64,000 nt of DNA from a virus: the IMG/VR virus record IMGVR_UViG_3300033146_005954, positions 3,859 through 67,858 of that record. The stretch is one strand, 5' to 3'. Below the pieces are notes generated by a model that searched no databases, was not told the DNA's origin, and saw nothing but the letters and a program-made list of their open reading frames with translations. The position numbers and the translations under genes were made by a program. Each line of letters starts with the position of its first letter. The stretch's first letter is position 1. Positions 41,230 through 50,526 of this stretch are shown piece by piece.

Positions 41230-42134
41230 TGAAACGAGAGGAGTTTATATCTAAAGCAAATAAAATATATAATAATAAATATGATTATTCTAAAGTAAAA
41301 TATATAAACAATAAAACAAAAGTTGAAATAATATGTAAAATACATGGTTCTTTCTTTAAAGAGCCAAGTAGTTTTTTAAAAGGAGTTGAATGTAATATTT
41401 GTAAAAAAAATAAAATAAGAGAAAATGAAAAAGAAAAATTTATTTTAAAAGCAAATAAAATATATAATAATAAATATGATTATTCTAAAGTAAAATATAT
41501 AAACAATAAAACAAAAGTAGAAATAATATGTAAAACACATGGATCTTTTTTTCAAAAACCAAATGATCATTTGATGAAACATGAGTGCCCATCTTGCTCT
41601 TTAGAAAAAAACAAAGACACTTTTAAATTAGGTAAAAATAAATTTATATACAAGTCAAACAAAATACATAGAAATAAATATGATTATTCAAAAGTGGTAT
41701 ATGTTAATAGCAGGACAGCTATTAATATAATCTGTCCTATTCATGGGTCTTTTTTTCAGAAACCTCATGAACATTTAAGAGGTCATGGATGTAGGTTGTG
41801 CAATACACATTCAAAAAATGAAGAAAATATTTATTACTTATTAAAAGACAATAATATTAATTTTGATTCTGAAAAAACATTTGATGATTGTATAGATAAG
41901 AGAAAATTGCCTTTTGATTTTTATTTACCAGAACATAATACTTTAATTGAATATGATGGGAAGCAACACTATGAATCAATAGATTTTTTTGGAGGAGAAA
42001 AAGCATTTATTAAAAGACAATTACATGATAAAATGAAGAATGAATATGCTAAAAATAAAGGAATTAGTTTAATTAGAATTCCTTATTGGAAGGATGAAAT
42101 AAAAGAAGTAAGTAGTTTCTTAAAAAATCATTGA
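41229..42134 (+). CDS. homing endonuclease (same family as 16723 and 17837)
   Basis: YDYSKV..ICKIHG x3, LPFDFYLP, IEYDGKQH. Confidence 0.85.
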   Translation: MKREEFISKANKIYNNKYDYSKVKYINNKTKVEIICKIHGSFFKEPSSFLKGVECNICKKNKIRENEKEKFILKANKIYNNKYDYSKVKYINNKTKVEIICKTHGSFFQKPNDHLMKHECPSCSLEKNKDTFKLGKNKFIYKSNKIHRNKYDYSKVVYVNSRTAINIICPIHGSFFQKPHEHLRGHGCRLCNTHSKNEENIYYLLKDNNINFDSEKTFDDCIDKRKLPFDFYLPEHNTLIEYDGKQHYESIDFFGGEKAFIKRQLHDKMKNEYAKNKGISLIRIPYWKDEIKEVSSFLKNH

Positions 42135-42176
42135 CAAAATTTATTAAATGTGATATAATAAATTAAAGGAAAAGAA

Positions 42177-42458
42177 ATGGTAATAGAAAGAGAAAAAGAG
42201 AGAGAAGTTGTAAAGGTAGATGTTCATAAATTAAGTATAAATGTAAAAACAAGGGATAGTTTTTCTTGTTCATTATATGATAAAGAAAATAATAAAATAA
42301 AAGAATATATAGGATATGTTCCTGATTTTATGCCAGAAGAACACTATGGGGATTATTTAATGTTAGATATAGACATAGATACTGGACAAATTATGAATTG
42401 GAATGTTACAAAAAAACAGATAGAATATTTCATTAAAGGAGAGGAAAATGATTTATAA
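42177..42458 (+). CDS. hypothetical phage protein
   Basis: GYVPDFMP..HYGDY..LDIDIDTGQI.NW; sigma70 promoter at 42131. Confidence 0.65.
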   Translation: MVIEREKEREVVKVDVHKLSINVKTRDSFSCSLYDKENNKIKEYIGYVPDFMPEEHYGDYLMLDIDIDTGQIMNWNVTKKQIEYFIKGEENDL

Positions 42459-42606
42459 AGTAAAATTAAAGGTTGAGGATGAAGTAAAAGATACATCTAT
42501 TTTAGTAGAAGCAGAAGATGAAAAAAGTGCTTTACAAATTTTTAAACAACAAAGACTATATGAAAAAGGAATTTCTAAAAAAGATTTTATAGTAGAAAAG
42601 GCATGA
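42448..42606 (+). CDS. small hypothetical protein
   Basis: GGAGAGG SD; VEAEDEKSA motif. Confidence 0.55.
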   Translation: MIYKVKLKVEDEVKDTSILVEAEDEKSALQIFKQQRLYEKGISKKDFIVEKA

Positions 42607-42839
42607 AATATATTATAAATGGTGGAAAATATTATGAAGGACCTGAAAATAAAGTAGTTGATTTTGAATATAAATCTTTTAGATTATTAGATGATGATGG
42701 AATAATATATTTCACTGGATTAGCAGAAGTAGATTTATATGATACAGAAGAAGGGTTTGAACCTTTAGATGAAATAGGTGCAGAGTATGGGTGTATTGAC
42801 ATACAGTATTTAGAAGATGGAGAATATGTTTCTTTATGA
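42603..42839 (+). CDS. hypothetical phage protein
   Basis: FRLLDDDG..Y..G, PLD..G..YGC. Confidence 0.6.
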   Translation: MKYIINGGKYYEGPENKVVDFEYKSFRLLDDDGIIYFTGLAEVDLYDTEEGFEPLDEIGAEYGCIDIQYLEDGEYVSL

Positions 42840-43033
42840 AAGATGAAGAATTGTTTAAATTATTAAAAGATAAAAAAATTTTAAAAGCAGGGCAAAAAAA
42901 TAATATTTTATATATAGAAACAGAAGATGAAGTATATGAAACATCTAATAATTTTCTGACAATATATGAAGTATATGCCTCTTTAAGTAGATATAGAGAT
43001 CCTATATGGGGAATAAGAGAGAAGGTTGCTTAA
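42836..43033 (+). CDS. hypothetical protein
   Basis: Coupled ORF. Confidence 0.5.
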   Translation: MKDEELFKLLKDKKILKAGQKNNILYIETEDEVYETSNNFLTIYEVYASLSRYRDPIWGIREKVA

Positions 43034-43520
43034 TGAAAAATGAAGATCCTTTATTTAATATCAGTGATAATATATTAAATTTAGATAATTTTGAGTTAAT
43101 TGATAAATTCAAAAAAATTTGTCAATTAAAAGTAGATTTAAAAAATGAAAAATTAGTTTTTGAAAAAGAAGAAATTTATTTATACAAAGAGGGATTAGTT
43201 TATTTATTCATAATAGATAATAATATAATTAAAATAGGAAGCACTATAAAGTCTATTAAGGATAGGTTGATTTCTTATAACTCTGGAAAAAAAAGTTATA
43301 GGAAATCAGGAACTTGTTCAACTACTAATTATTTCGTTTTACAAACTTTAATAAATTTAAATAAAAATATAGATGTTTACGCTTTGTTTATGGATAATAT
43401 AAAAATAGATGTTTTTGGGGAAATAAAAAAATAAGTGTTCCTCCTAAGATATTTGAAAAAGAAATTTTAAAAAAACTTAAAAAGAAAGGACTAATGCCTA
43501 TATTATGTACACAGACTTAA
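43033..43520 (+). pseudogene. Hpy188I-like GIY-YIG type II restriction endonuclease, frameshifted at an A7 run
   Basis: EGLVYLF..KIG, SYNSGK, GTCSTTNYFVLQ; stop at 43434; C-terminus ...PILCTQT* continues in the -1 frame. Confidence 0.7.
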
Positions 43521-44701
43521 AAAATAAATTAGATTTATTAAATAAAGACTTATCTCATTTTGAAAACAGTAATGATATTTGTACTCCTATGGATTGTGTA
43601 GAAGAAATGGTTGATAAAATTCCAAATGAATTGTGGGAAAGGGAAGATATTTCTATTTTAGATCCTTGTGCTGGAAATGGAAATTTTCCAGCTTATATTT
43701 TAACAAAATTGAAAAATAAGTTTATTTTGGATTGTAATGAAATAAATCCCGTTAGAATAAAAAATATAAAAAAATATATTAAAGCAAATATAATAGAAAA
43801 AGACTTTTTTGAATTTAAAGATAAAGAATATGACTTAATAATAGCGAATCCTCCATATGCTTTATTTACTAATGGAAAAAGAACAGCAAAAAATCATAGT
43901 GTTTCAAAAGATTTTGTGAAAAAATCATTGGGTCTTTTAAAAGAAAATGGATATTTAGTTTTTATAATACCTGATAATTGGATGAGTTTAAGTGATAGAA
44001 ATGATTTAGCAAATATATTAAGTAATTATCAATTTATATATTTAAACATACATGATATAAAAAAATATTTTCCTTCAGTAGGAAGTAGTTTTACTTATTT
44101 TATAGTAAAAAAAACAATGAATAAAAAAAGTTTTATTGTTAAAAATGGATATAAATTAAAAACAACAGATGAAGTATTTTTACCAAAAGTAAAAAATATT
44201 CCATTATACTTAAACAATAAAGTTTTGTCAATTATTGACAAAACTTTAAACAACTCAAGTGAAAAATTTAGAATAGAGACAACATCATATTTGCATAAAC
44301 ATACAAAGAAAGAGTTTTTAAATAATTCAAAGACGGATACATTTAAGTATAAAATAATACATACTCCTTCTCAAATAGTATATAGTAAAATAGAACATAA
44401 ATTTCAGAAAGGATATAAAGTATTTATAGGATTAACTTCATATTATAAAGTCTTTATAGATGATTGTGGAATGACTCAAAGTATTGCTTTTATTAGAGTT
44501 AATGATATTAAAGAAGCAAATTATATAAAAAATATATTAGAACATCCTTTATATGTTTTTTTAAATAATATACATAGATATGGGAATTTTAATAATATAA
44601 GAATATTACAAAAATTTCCTATCCCAAAAAATGAAAATATTTATGAAAATTTTAATATATCAAAAGATGAGATTAATTTAATTAATAAATTTAATAATTG
44701 A
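43505..44701 (+). CDS. N6-adenine DNA methyltransferase (gamma type)
   Basis: LDPCAGNGNF then ANPPY. Confidence 0.9.
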   Translation: MYTDLKNKLDLLNKDLSHFENSNDICTPMDCVEEMVDKIPNELWEREDISILDPCAGNGNFPAYILTKLKNKFILDCNEINPVRIKNIKKYIKANIIEKDFFEFKDKEYDLIIANPPYALFTNGKRTAKNHSVSKDFVKKSLGLLKENGYLVFIIPDNWMSLSDRNDLANILSNYQFIYLNIHDIKKYFPSVGSSFTYFIVKKTMNKKSFIVKNGYKLKTTDEVFLPKVKNIPLYLNNKVLSIIDKTLNNSSEKFRIETTSYLHKHTKKEFLNNSKTDTFKYKIIHTPSQIVYSKIEHKFQKGYKVFIGLTSYYKVFIDDCGMTQSIAFIRVNDIKEANYIKNILEHPLYVFLNNIHRYGNFNNIRILQKFPIPKNENIYENFNISKDEINLINKFNN

Positions 44702-44760
44702 CAAAACTTATTAAATATGTTATACTATAGGAAACTATAGTATTTTTTTTGGAGGATAAA

Positions 44761-45036
44761 ATGTTTAAATTGGGTGATAAAGTAATTCCGAAAAGTAAGT
44801 TGTTTCATGAAAGTATTAAATCTTATTTGAAATATTCAAGTAATGATATTTCTAATTTTTTAAAAGAACATGGATTTCTATATTTTTCAAGTTATGATGC
44901 AAATTGTTATGAGGGAGTAGCTGTTTTAGTATCTTCTCCATTAGAAAAAAACACTGGTGATTTTTTTAAAATAGAAGGATTAAAGAAGTTTCAAGAAGTT
45001 GATGAATTAGGAAATTATTTATTGGAGTATGTATGA
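44761..45036 (+). CDS. hypothetical protein, probable paralog of 53165
   Basis: FKLGDKVIPKSK versus VKIGMKVVPFQR; GGAGG SD. Confidence 0.55.
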   Translation: MFKLGDKVIPKSKLFHESIKSYLKYSSNDISNFLKEHGFLYFSSYDANCYEGVAVLVSSPLEKNTGDFFKIEGLKKFQEVDELGNYLLEYV

Positions 45037-45971
45037 CAATTTTTAAAACATTAACAGGATCTCATTTATATGGATTGAATACAGATACATCAGATATAGA
45101 TTATTTATCTGTTTATCTCCCTGATAAAAAAGATATTTTTGGATTAAATACAAAAGATTTTATAAACTTATCTACTAATAAAAATACTAAAAATACTGTA
45201 AATGATATAGATGAAATGTCTTATAGTTTAAAAAAATATTTAAAATTATTATTAAAAAATAATCCTAATATAATAGAAACTCTATATAGTAGAGGAAAAA
45301 ATTTAATAACATTAGATCCTATATTTGAATATTTATATATAAATAAAAACAAAATAGTTTCTAAAAAAGTATATACTACTTTTTTAGGGTATGCTAAAAG
45401 TCAAAAAGATAAATTATTAAATAAAAGTTTAAGATTTAATAATTTAACTAAAGCAATAAAAGATATTGAAATAAAATATAATAAATTATTAAATACTAAA
45501 TATAAATTAACAGAAGAAGATAGTATATATTTTAATACAATTTTAAAATATTATAAAGGAACAAAAAATAATACAAATTCATTTCATAAAGGAATGTATT
45601 TAGATGAAATATATTCTTTAGTTTTAAGAGAAGTTAATTTATATGGATGGAGAGTTAAAACCCCTGAATTTACTATGTATGGCTTAGATTTAAAATTTGC
45701 ATACCATTTAGTAAGGATGGTTGGTGAAGCTAAAATGTTATTAGAATATGGAAAAATTGTTTATCCTATTAAAGGAGATTTAAAAACTCAAATAGTAGAT
45801 ATAAGAGAGGGAAAACTTAACTTAAATGAAATATTAGAATTAACAGATTATTATGAAAATGAAATAAATAAATTATATAAAACAAGTTGGTTAATTAATG
45901 AGCCAGATTATGAATGGTTTAATGATTGGCTAATAGATGTTATGATGAATTATGTAAAGGAGATGATATGA
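45033..45971 (+). CDS. Pol-beta-family nucleotidyltransferase (YcgL/RlaP-like)
   Basis: GSHLYGLNTDTSDIDY, NPNIIE, KFAYHLVR. Confidence 0.85.
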   Translation: MTIFKTLTGSHLYGLNTDTSDIDYLSVYLPDKKDIFGLNTKDFINLSTNKNTKNTVNDIDEMSYSLKKYLKLLLKNNPNIIETLYSRGKNLITLDPIFEYLYINKNKIVSKKVYTTFLGYAKSQKDKLLNKSLRFNNLTKAIKDIEIKYNKLLNTKYKLTEEDSIYFNTILKYYKGTKNNTNSFHKGMYLDEIYSLVLREVNLYGWRVKTPEFTMYGLDLKFAYHLVRMVGEAKMLLEYGKIVYPIKGDLKTQIVDIREGKLNLNEILELTDYYENEINKLYKTSWLINEPDYEWFNDWLIDVMMNYVKEMI

Positions 45972-47806
45972 GTTTGGAAGAAGAAGTTATTTATCATATG
46001 GATAAATATTATAATTTTACCCCTGAAATAAGTGATAAAGAATTTGATAAGTTAGTTGAGTTATTGAAAATTCAAAACCCTGATAGTAAATTATTGAAAG
46101 AAGTAGGGGAAACTTCTTGGGAAGGGTTTGAAAAAGCAGAACATTTAATGGTGATGGGGAGTCAAGATAAATTAAACTCTTTTGATGAAATTGATGATTG
46201 GATTAGAGTAAAGAATATTAAATTTCCTGTCATAGTAGAACACAAATTAGATGGTTTATCAGTTGAATTACAATATAAAAAAGGCGCTTTAAAAAAATGT
46301 TTAACAAGAGGAAATTCTGTAACGGGAGATAATATTACCTCTAATGTTATTAAAATGGGGGATGTTGTTTATTTATTAAATGATGAAACATTTACAGGAG
46401 CTATTAGAGGAGAAATTGTTTTAACAAGAACTTATTTTAATAATTTTTTCCCAGATGCTAAAAACCCTAGGAATATGGCTTCTGGAATTGCTAAAAGAAA
46501 AGATGGGGAAGATAGTGAAAAATTAAATGTAGTAGTTTATGATGTGTTTGGGAAAGAGTTTAAAACAGAAAGTGAAAAGATAGAGTTTTTACATAATGAA
46601 AATTTTAATACAGTTGAAGGTGTTAAATGTAATAATAGAGGAGAGCTTATATCTATTATTCAATTTATAGAAGAAAATAAAGATACGTTTGAAGTTTCTA
46701 TTGATGGAATAGTTATTAAGCAAAACTTAATTGTTGAAAGTGATTTAAGTAGAAAAAGGCCTGAGTATCAAAGAGCTTATAAATTTGAAGATGAAACAGC
46801 TACTACCAAAGTATTAGGGATTGAGTTTAGTAGAAACGGGATGAACTACAGCCCTGTGGCTGAGCTTGAACCAGTTGAATTAAATGAAACAATTGTTAAA
46901 AGAGCAAGTTTAGCTAATTTAGATAATATTTCTAAATTAGGTTTAAAATTAGGAGATACTGTTTTAATCAGAAAAGCAAATGAAATAATTCCACAGATTA
47001 TTTCAGTAATTGAATCTAATAATGGTCCAGAATTAGTTGTCCCAACTAATTGTAAAGTTTGTAATTCTAAATTAGAAATTACTGGAACAAGAATTTATTG
47101 TCCTAATTTAGATTGTTTAGGGAGAAAAAACCATAGAATTGCTAAATGGATTGAGAAAACAGGGGTTAAAGGTTTTGGTCCAGCCTTAATAGATTATTTA
47201 TTTTTGAATGAGTTTGTAGAAGATATAATTGATTTATATACAGTAGATGTAGATTCTGTATTAGAAGCTACTAATTTGAAGAAAGCTACTAAAAAAGCTT
47301 TTGAAAATTTATATAAAGTAAAAGAATTAAGTTTAGAAAAATTCATATCAGGATTTGATATAGAAGGAATTGGAGAAGGGGTTATTAAATTTGCTATAAA
47401 AGCGGGGTATAAAACATTGGATGATATAGTAAATGCTACTATAAAAGATTTTGAAAAAATAGAGGGTTTTAGTTCTGTAAGAGCTGAAATATTACATAAT
47501 GCTTTAAAAGATTTAAAGCAAAGTCTATATGAATTACAAGAAATTGTTAAAATAATTGAAGTAAATAACACATCTACTTTAGAAAATAAAAATTTTTGCT
47601 TTACAGGAAGTTTGAAAAATATGACAAGGAATGAAGCAAAAGATTTGGTTTTAAAAAATGGTGGTAATTTTAAATCGGGTGTGTCTAATACATTAGATTA
47701 TTTAATAAATAATGATAAAGACAGCAATTCTTCAAAAAATAAAAAAGCAAAAGAATTATCTATTCCTATTTTAAATGAAGAGGAGTTTATGAAACTATTG
47801 ACATAA
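45968..47806 (+). CDS. ligA: NAD-dependent DNA ligase
   Basis: ISDKEFD, KLDG, TRGN, NPRNMASG, Zn finger, BRCT FCFTGSL. Confidence 0.95.
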   Translation: MSLEEEVIYHMDKYYNFTPEISDKEFDKLVELLKIQNPDSKLLKEVGETSWEGFEKAEHLMVMGSQDKLNSFDEIDDWIRVKNIKFPVIVEHKLDGLSVELQYKKGALKKCLTRGNSVTGDNITSNVIKMGDVVYLLNDETFTGAIRGEIVLTRTYFNNFFPDAKNPRNMASGIAKRKDGEDSEKLNVVVYDVFGKEFKTESEKIEFLHNENFNTVEGVKCNNRGELISIIQFIEENKDTFEVSIDGIVIKQNLIVESDLSRKRPEYQRAYKFEDETATTKVLGIEFSRNGMNYSPVAELEPVELNETIVKRASLANLDNISKLGLKLGDTVLIRKANEIIPQIISVIESNNGPELVVPTNCKVCNSKLEITGTRIYCPNLDCLGRKNHRIAKWIEKTGVKGFGPALIDYLFLNEFVEDIIDLYTVDVDSVLEATNLKKATKKAFENLYKVKELSLEKFISGFDIEGIGEGVIKFAIKAGYKTLDDIVNATIKDFEKIEGFSSVRAEILHNALKDLKQSLYELQEIVKIIEVNNTSTLENKNFCFTGSLKNMTRNEAKDLVLKNGGNFKSGVSNTLDYLINNDKDSNSSKNKKAKELSIPILNEEEFMKLLT

Positions 47807-48188
47807 TTTATTAAAAATTATATAATAAAGAAAAGGGGGAATAAAATGATAATAAAAATAGATTATCAGGGTGGGGATGTTGTTTCAGACAATCATATAG
47901 TTTCTTTTCTTCAAGAAAAATTAAGATTAGGGAAAGATTTTACAATAGGTTCTGCTTTGATGTTACATGCTTTAAGGGTGGAAGTAAAATCAGGAAGATA
48001 TAGAGAAAATTTTTATGTAGAAGGTATTGAAAAATCAGTAGTAGTTGTAGAATATGAAGATGAATTATATTATATAAAAGAAGATGGGAAAATGGATTGT
48101 TATATTCCATCATTATTAGATGAGTTATTAGATAAATTATTAGATTTATGAAACTATTGACATAATTTATTAAAAATTATATAATAAA
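47786..48188 (+). repeat. 44-bp perfect direct repeat containing a sigma70 promoter, flanking one ORF
   Basis: TTTATGAAACTATTGACATAATTTATTAAAAATTATATAATAAA at 47786-47829 and 48145-48188. Confidence 0.9.
47846..48151 (+). CDS. hypothetical protein (cassette between repeats)
   Basis: ORF with GGGG SD. Confidence 0.6.
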   Translation: MIIKIDYQGGDVVSDNHIVSFLQEKLRLGKDFTIGSALMLHALRVEVKSGRYRENFYVEGIEKSVVVVEYEDELYYIKEDGKMDCYIPSLLDELLDKLLDL

Positions 48189-48218
48189 TTAAATTAAAAG
48201 AAAATATAGGAGAGAGAA

Positions 48219-48572
48219 ATGAGTGATGAAATAGATTCTGTAGTAGACAAAAAAGGGGCTTTTTTAAATTCTTTAGTAAGAAATAATAAGCAAATTAGAA
48301 CAGATCGTGCACAAGCAATTGGAGAAGATACTGAAATTCTTTATAAAAGAATGATTGAAGATCTTCAACTTGATATTAAAAGAATGAAAAGAGATCAGGA
48401 AAATATGCTTGATCTATCTCCAACAACCGCTCAAAGTTTAGTTTTAGCAAGTGACTTTAATTCAACAGAGTTTGTTGAAAAAGATATTCAATTAGGTGTG
48501 AAAATTAGGAATTTAGAAATTAAATTGGAAATTGCGTCTAAAAGATATGATTATTTGTTTGGAGGTGTTTAA
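48219..48572 (+). CDS. coiled-coil protein, first gene of the vWA/PurA-like operon
   Basis: Helical heptads; TAATG coupling to the vWA gene. Confidence 0.7.
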   Translation: MSDEIDSVVDKKGAFLNSLVRNNKQIRTDRAQAIGEDTEILYKRMIEDLQLDIKRMKRDQENMLDLSPTTAQSLVLASDFNSTEFVEKDIQLGVKIRNLEIKLEIASKRYDYLFGGV

Positions 48573-49408
48573 TGGGGTCAGGAACTTATTCAGCTGTAAG
48601 AGTAAATAGTAGATCAGTAAGTTATGGAAATATGAGAACTGAAGATATTTTTGTAAATAAAATGAATGAAGAAATGAGTCCTGTAGGAACTATAAGAGAA
48701 TGTTGTGACTCAACTGAACATCCAAATACTATTCCAATTATAATCGCTTTGGATATAACAGGATCTATGGGGTATATCCCAGATAATTTTATTAGAGAAG
48801 AAATGGGTAAAATGTTGGGGAATTTGTATAAGAAAGGTTTAACAGAATCTCAAGTATTATTTCTAGGAATTGGAGATCATGAATGTGATAATTATCCTCT
48901 TCAAGTAGGTCAGTTTGAAGCAGATGATCAACTGATGGATAAGTGGTTGAAAAATATTTATCTTGAAGGCGGAGGCGGAGCAAATAGTGGAGAAAGTTAT
49001 TTACTTGCTTGGCTATATGCTGCGAGACATACAAAGCTTGATTCTTTTGATAAAAGGGGAAAGAAAGGATTTTTATTTACAATTGGGGATGAACCTAATT
49101 TAAAAGGCATTTCAGTAGAGGCTCAGAGAAAAATTTTTGGGGATAATGGAGAATATGAATATATTTCTTCAGCTGAACTGTTAAAAGAAGTAAGTTTAAA
49201 GTATAATGTATATCATCTTAATATTTGTGAAACCAGAAGTGGGGCAAAAAAAGCAGTTCAAGATGGATGGATACAGAATTTAGATGAAAATGCAATTATG
49301 TTAGAAAGTTATAAAGATATTGAAAAAGTGATTGTTGAATTTGTAAGTAATCCAAATGAAATAAATAACACAATAGTTGATAAACCAGAAGTAGAGGATA
49401 TGTTGTAA
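48572..49408 (+). CDS. vWA-domain protein
   Basis: MIDAS LDITGSMG, GIGD, LQVGQFE, GGG..ESY, IGDE. Confidence 0.85.
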   Translation: MGSGTYSAVRVNSRSVSYGNMRTEDIFVNKMNEEMSPVGTIRECCDSTEHPNTIPIIIALDITGSMGYIPDNFIREEMGKMLGNLYKKGLTESQVLFLGIGDHECDNYPLQVGQFEADDQLMDKWLKNIYLEGGGGANSGESYLLAWLYAARHTKLDSFDKRGKKGFLFTIGDEPNLKGISVEAQRKIFGDNGEYEYISSAELLKEVSLKYNVYHLNICETRSGAKKAVQDGWIQNLDENAIMLESYKDIEKVIVEFVSNPNEINNTIVDKPEVEDML

Positions 49409-50514
49409 TGGATAAAGTAGTAATTGGATTGGGTTTTGGTGATGAAGGAAAAGGAAGTGTCGTAAATTGGTTAGCTAAAAAAGGAAATCCAATTGTAGTA
49501 AGATACTGTGGAGGACATCAAGTAGGACACACTGTTGTTGAAAAAAATCAACATACTTTTTCAAATTTTGGAGCAGGGACTTTATTTAATGTTCATACAG
49601 AATGGAACGCAGATACATGTGATCCAGTTGGGTTTAAAAAAGAATATTTAGTATTAGAAGAAAAAGAAATTATTCCTTCTATTTATATAAACCCTAACAC
49701 TCCAGTAACTACTATATATGATAAAATGTATAATTTAAAAGTAGAAGAAACAAATAATCATTCAACTATGGGGGTTGGTTTTGGAGCAACAATTAAAAGA
49801 GAAGAAGATAATTATCATCTTTTGTTTAAAGATTTGTTTTTTAAAAATGTATTAAAAGAAAAAGTAAAAATGATTAAAGACTATTATAATAGAAAAGGTG
49901 TTACTATAAGAGAAGAAGATAAAATAGAATTTTTTGAATCCTGTGATTTCATGATAAAACATATTAATTTTGGATATGTTAATAAGTTAGATAAAATATA
50001 TGAAAGTTCTCAAGGCTTAATGTTAGATAAAGACTATGGATTTTTTCCTTTTGTTACTAATTCACAAGTAGGAACTCAAAAATTAGATGTAAAAGAAGAT
50101 ACTGAATTTTATTTAGTTACAAGAGCTTATCAAACAAGGCATGGTAATGGTTATTGTTCTGATGAAAAAATGACTCCTAATATAGGAATCCATGCTGAAA
50201 CAAATGTTATGAATGATAATCAAGGGGAATTTAAAACAAGAGTATTAGATTTAGATTTGTTAAATTATGCTATGTTATCAGATGATAAAATAAAATATCA
50301 TAAAAGAAGTAAAAAACATGTTGTAATAACATGTTTAGATCACTTACAAGAATATAAATTAACATTTGGAAATGAATTAAAAAGTTTTAAAACAGAATCT
50401 GATTTTTTAGATTTTATATCATTTAATTTAGTAAATATTAATAAAATCTATGTTAGTCATGGCCCAGAATCTCACAATATACAATTATATAGAAGTAACC
50501 TTACTTTTCAGTAA
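49408..50514 (+). CDS. divergent adenylosuccinate-synthetase-like ligase
   Basis: GFGDEGKG, GGHQVGHT, SQGLMLD..FPFVT, RAYQTRHGNG; the Asp-binding TTGR loop is absent. Confidence 0.85.
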   Translation: MDKVVIGLGFGDEGKGSVVNWLAKKGNPIVVRYCGGHQVGHTVVEKNQHTFSNFGAGTLFNVHTEWNADTCDPVGFKKEYLVLEEKEIIPSIYINPNTPVTTIYDKMYNLKVEETNNHSTMGVGFGATIKREEDNYHLLFKDLFFKNVLKEKVKMIKDYYNRKGVTIREEDKIEFFESCDFMIKHINFGYVNKLDKIYESSQGLMLDKDYGFFPFVTNSQVGTQKLDVKEDTEFYLVTRAYQTRHGNGYCSDEKMTPNIGIHAETNVMNDNQGEFKTRVLDLDLLNYAMLSDDKIKYHKRSKKHVVITCLDHLQEYKLTFGNELKSFKTESDFLDFISFNLVNINKIYVSHGPESHNIQLYRSNLTFQ

Positions 50515-50523
50515 GGTTACTTT
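50492..50523. terminator. stem-loop between convergent genes
   Basis: AAGTAACCTTACT-TTTC-AGTAAGGTTACTT. Confidence 0.75.
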
Positions 50524-50526
50524 ACC

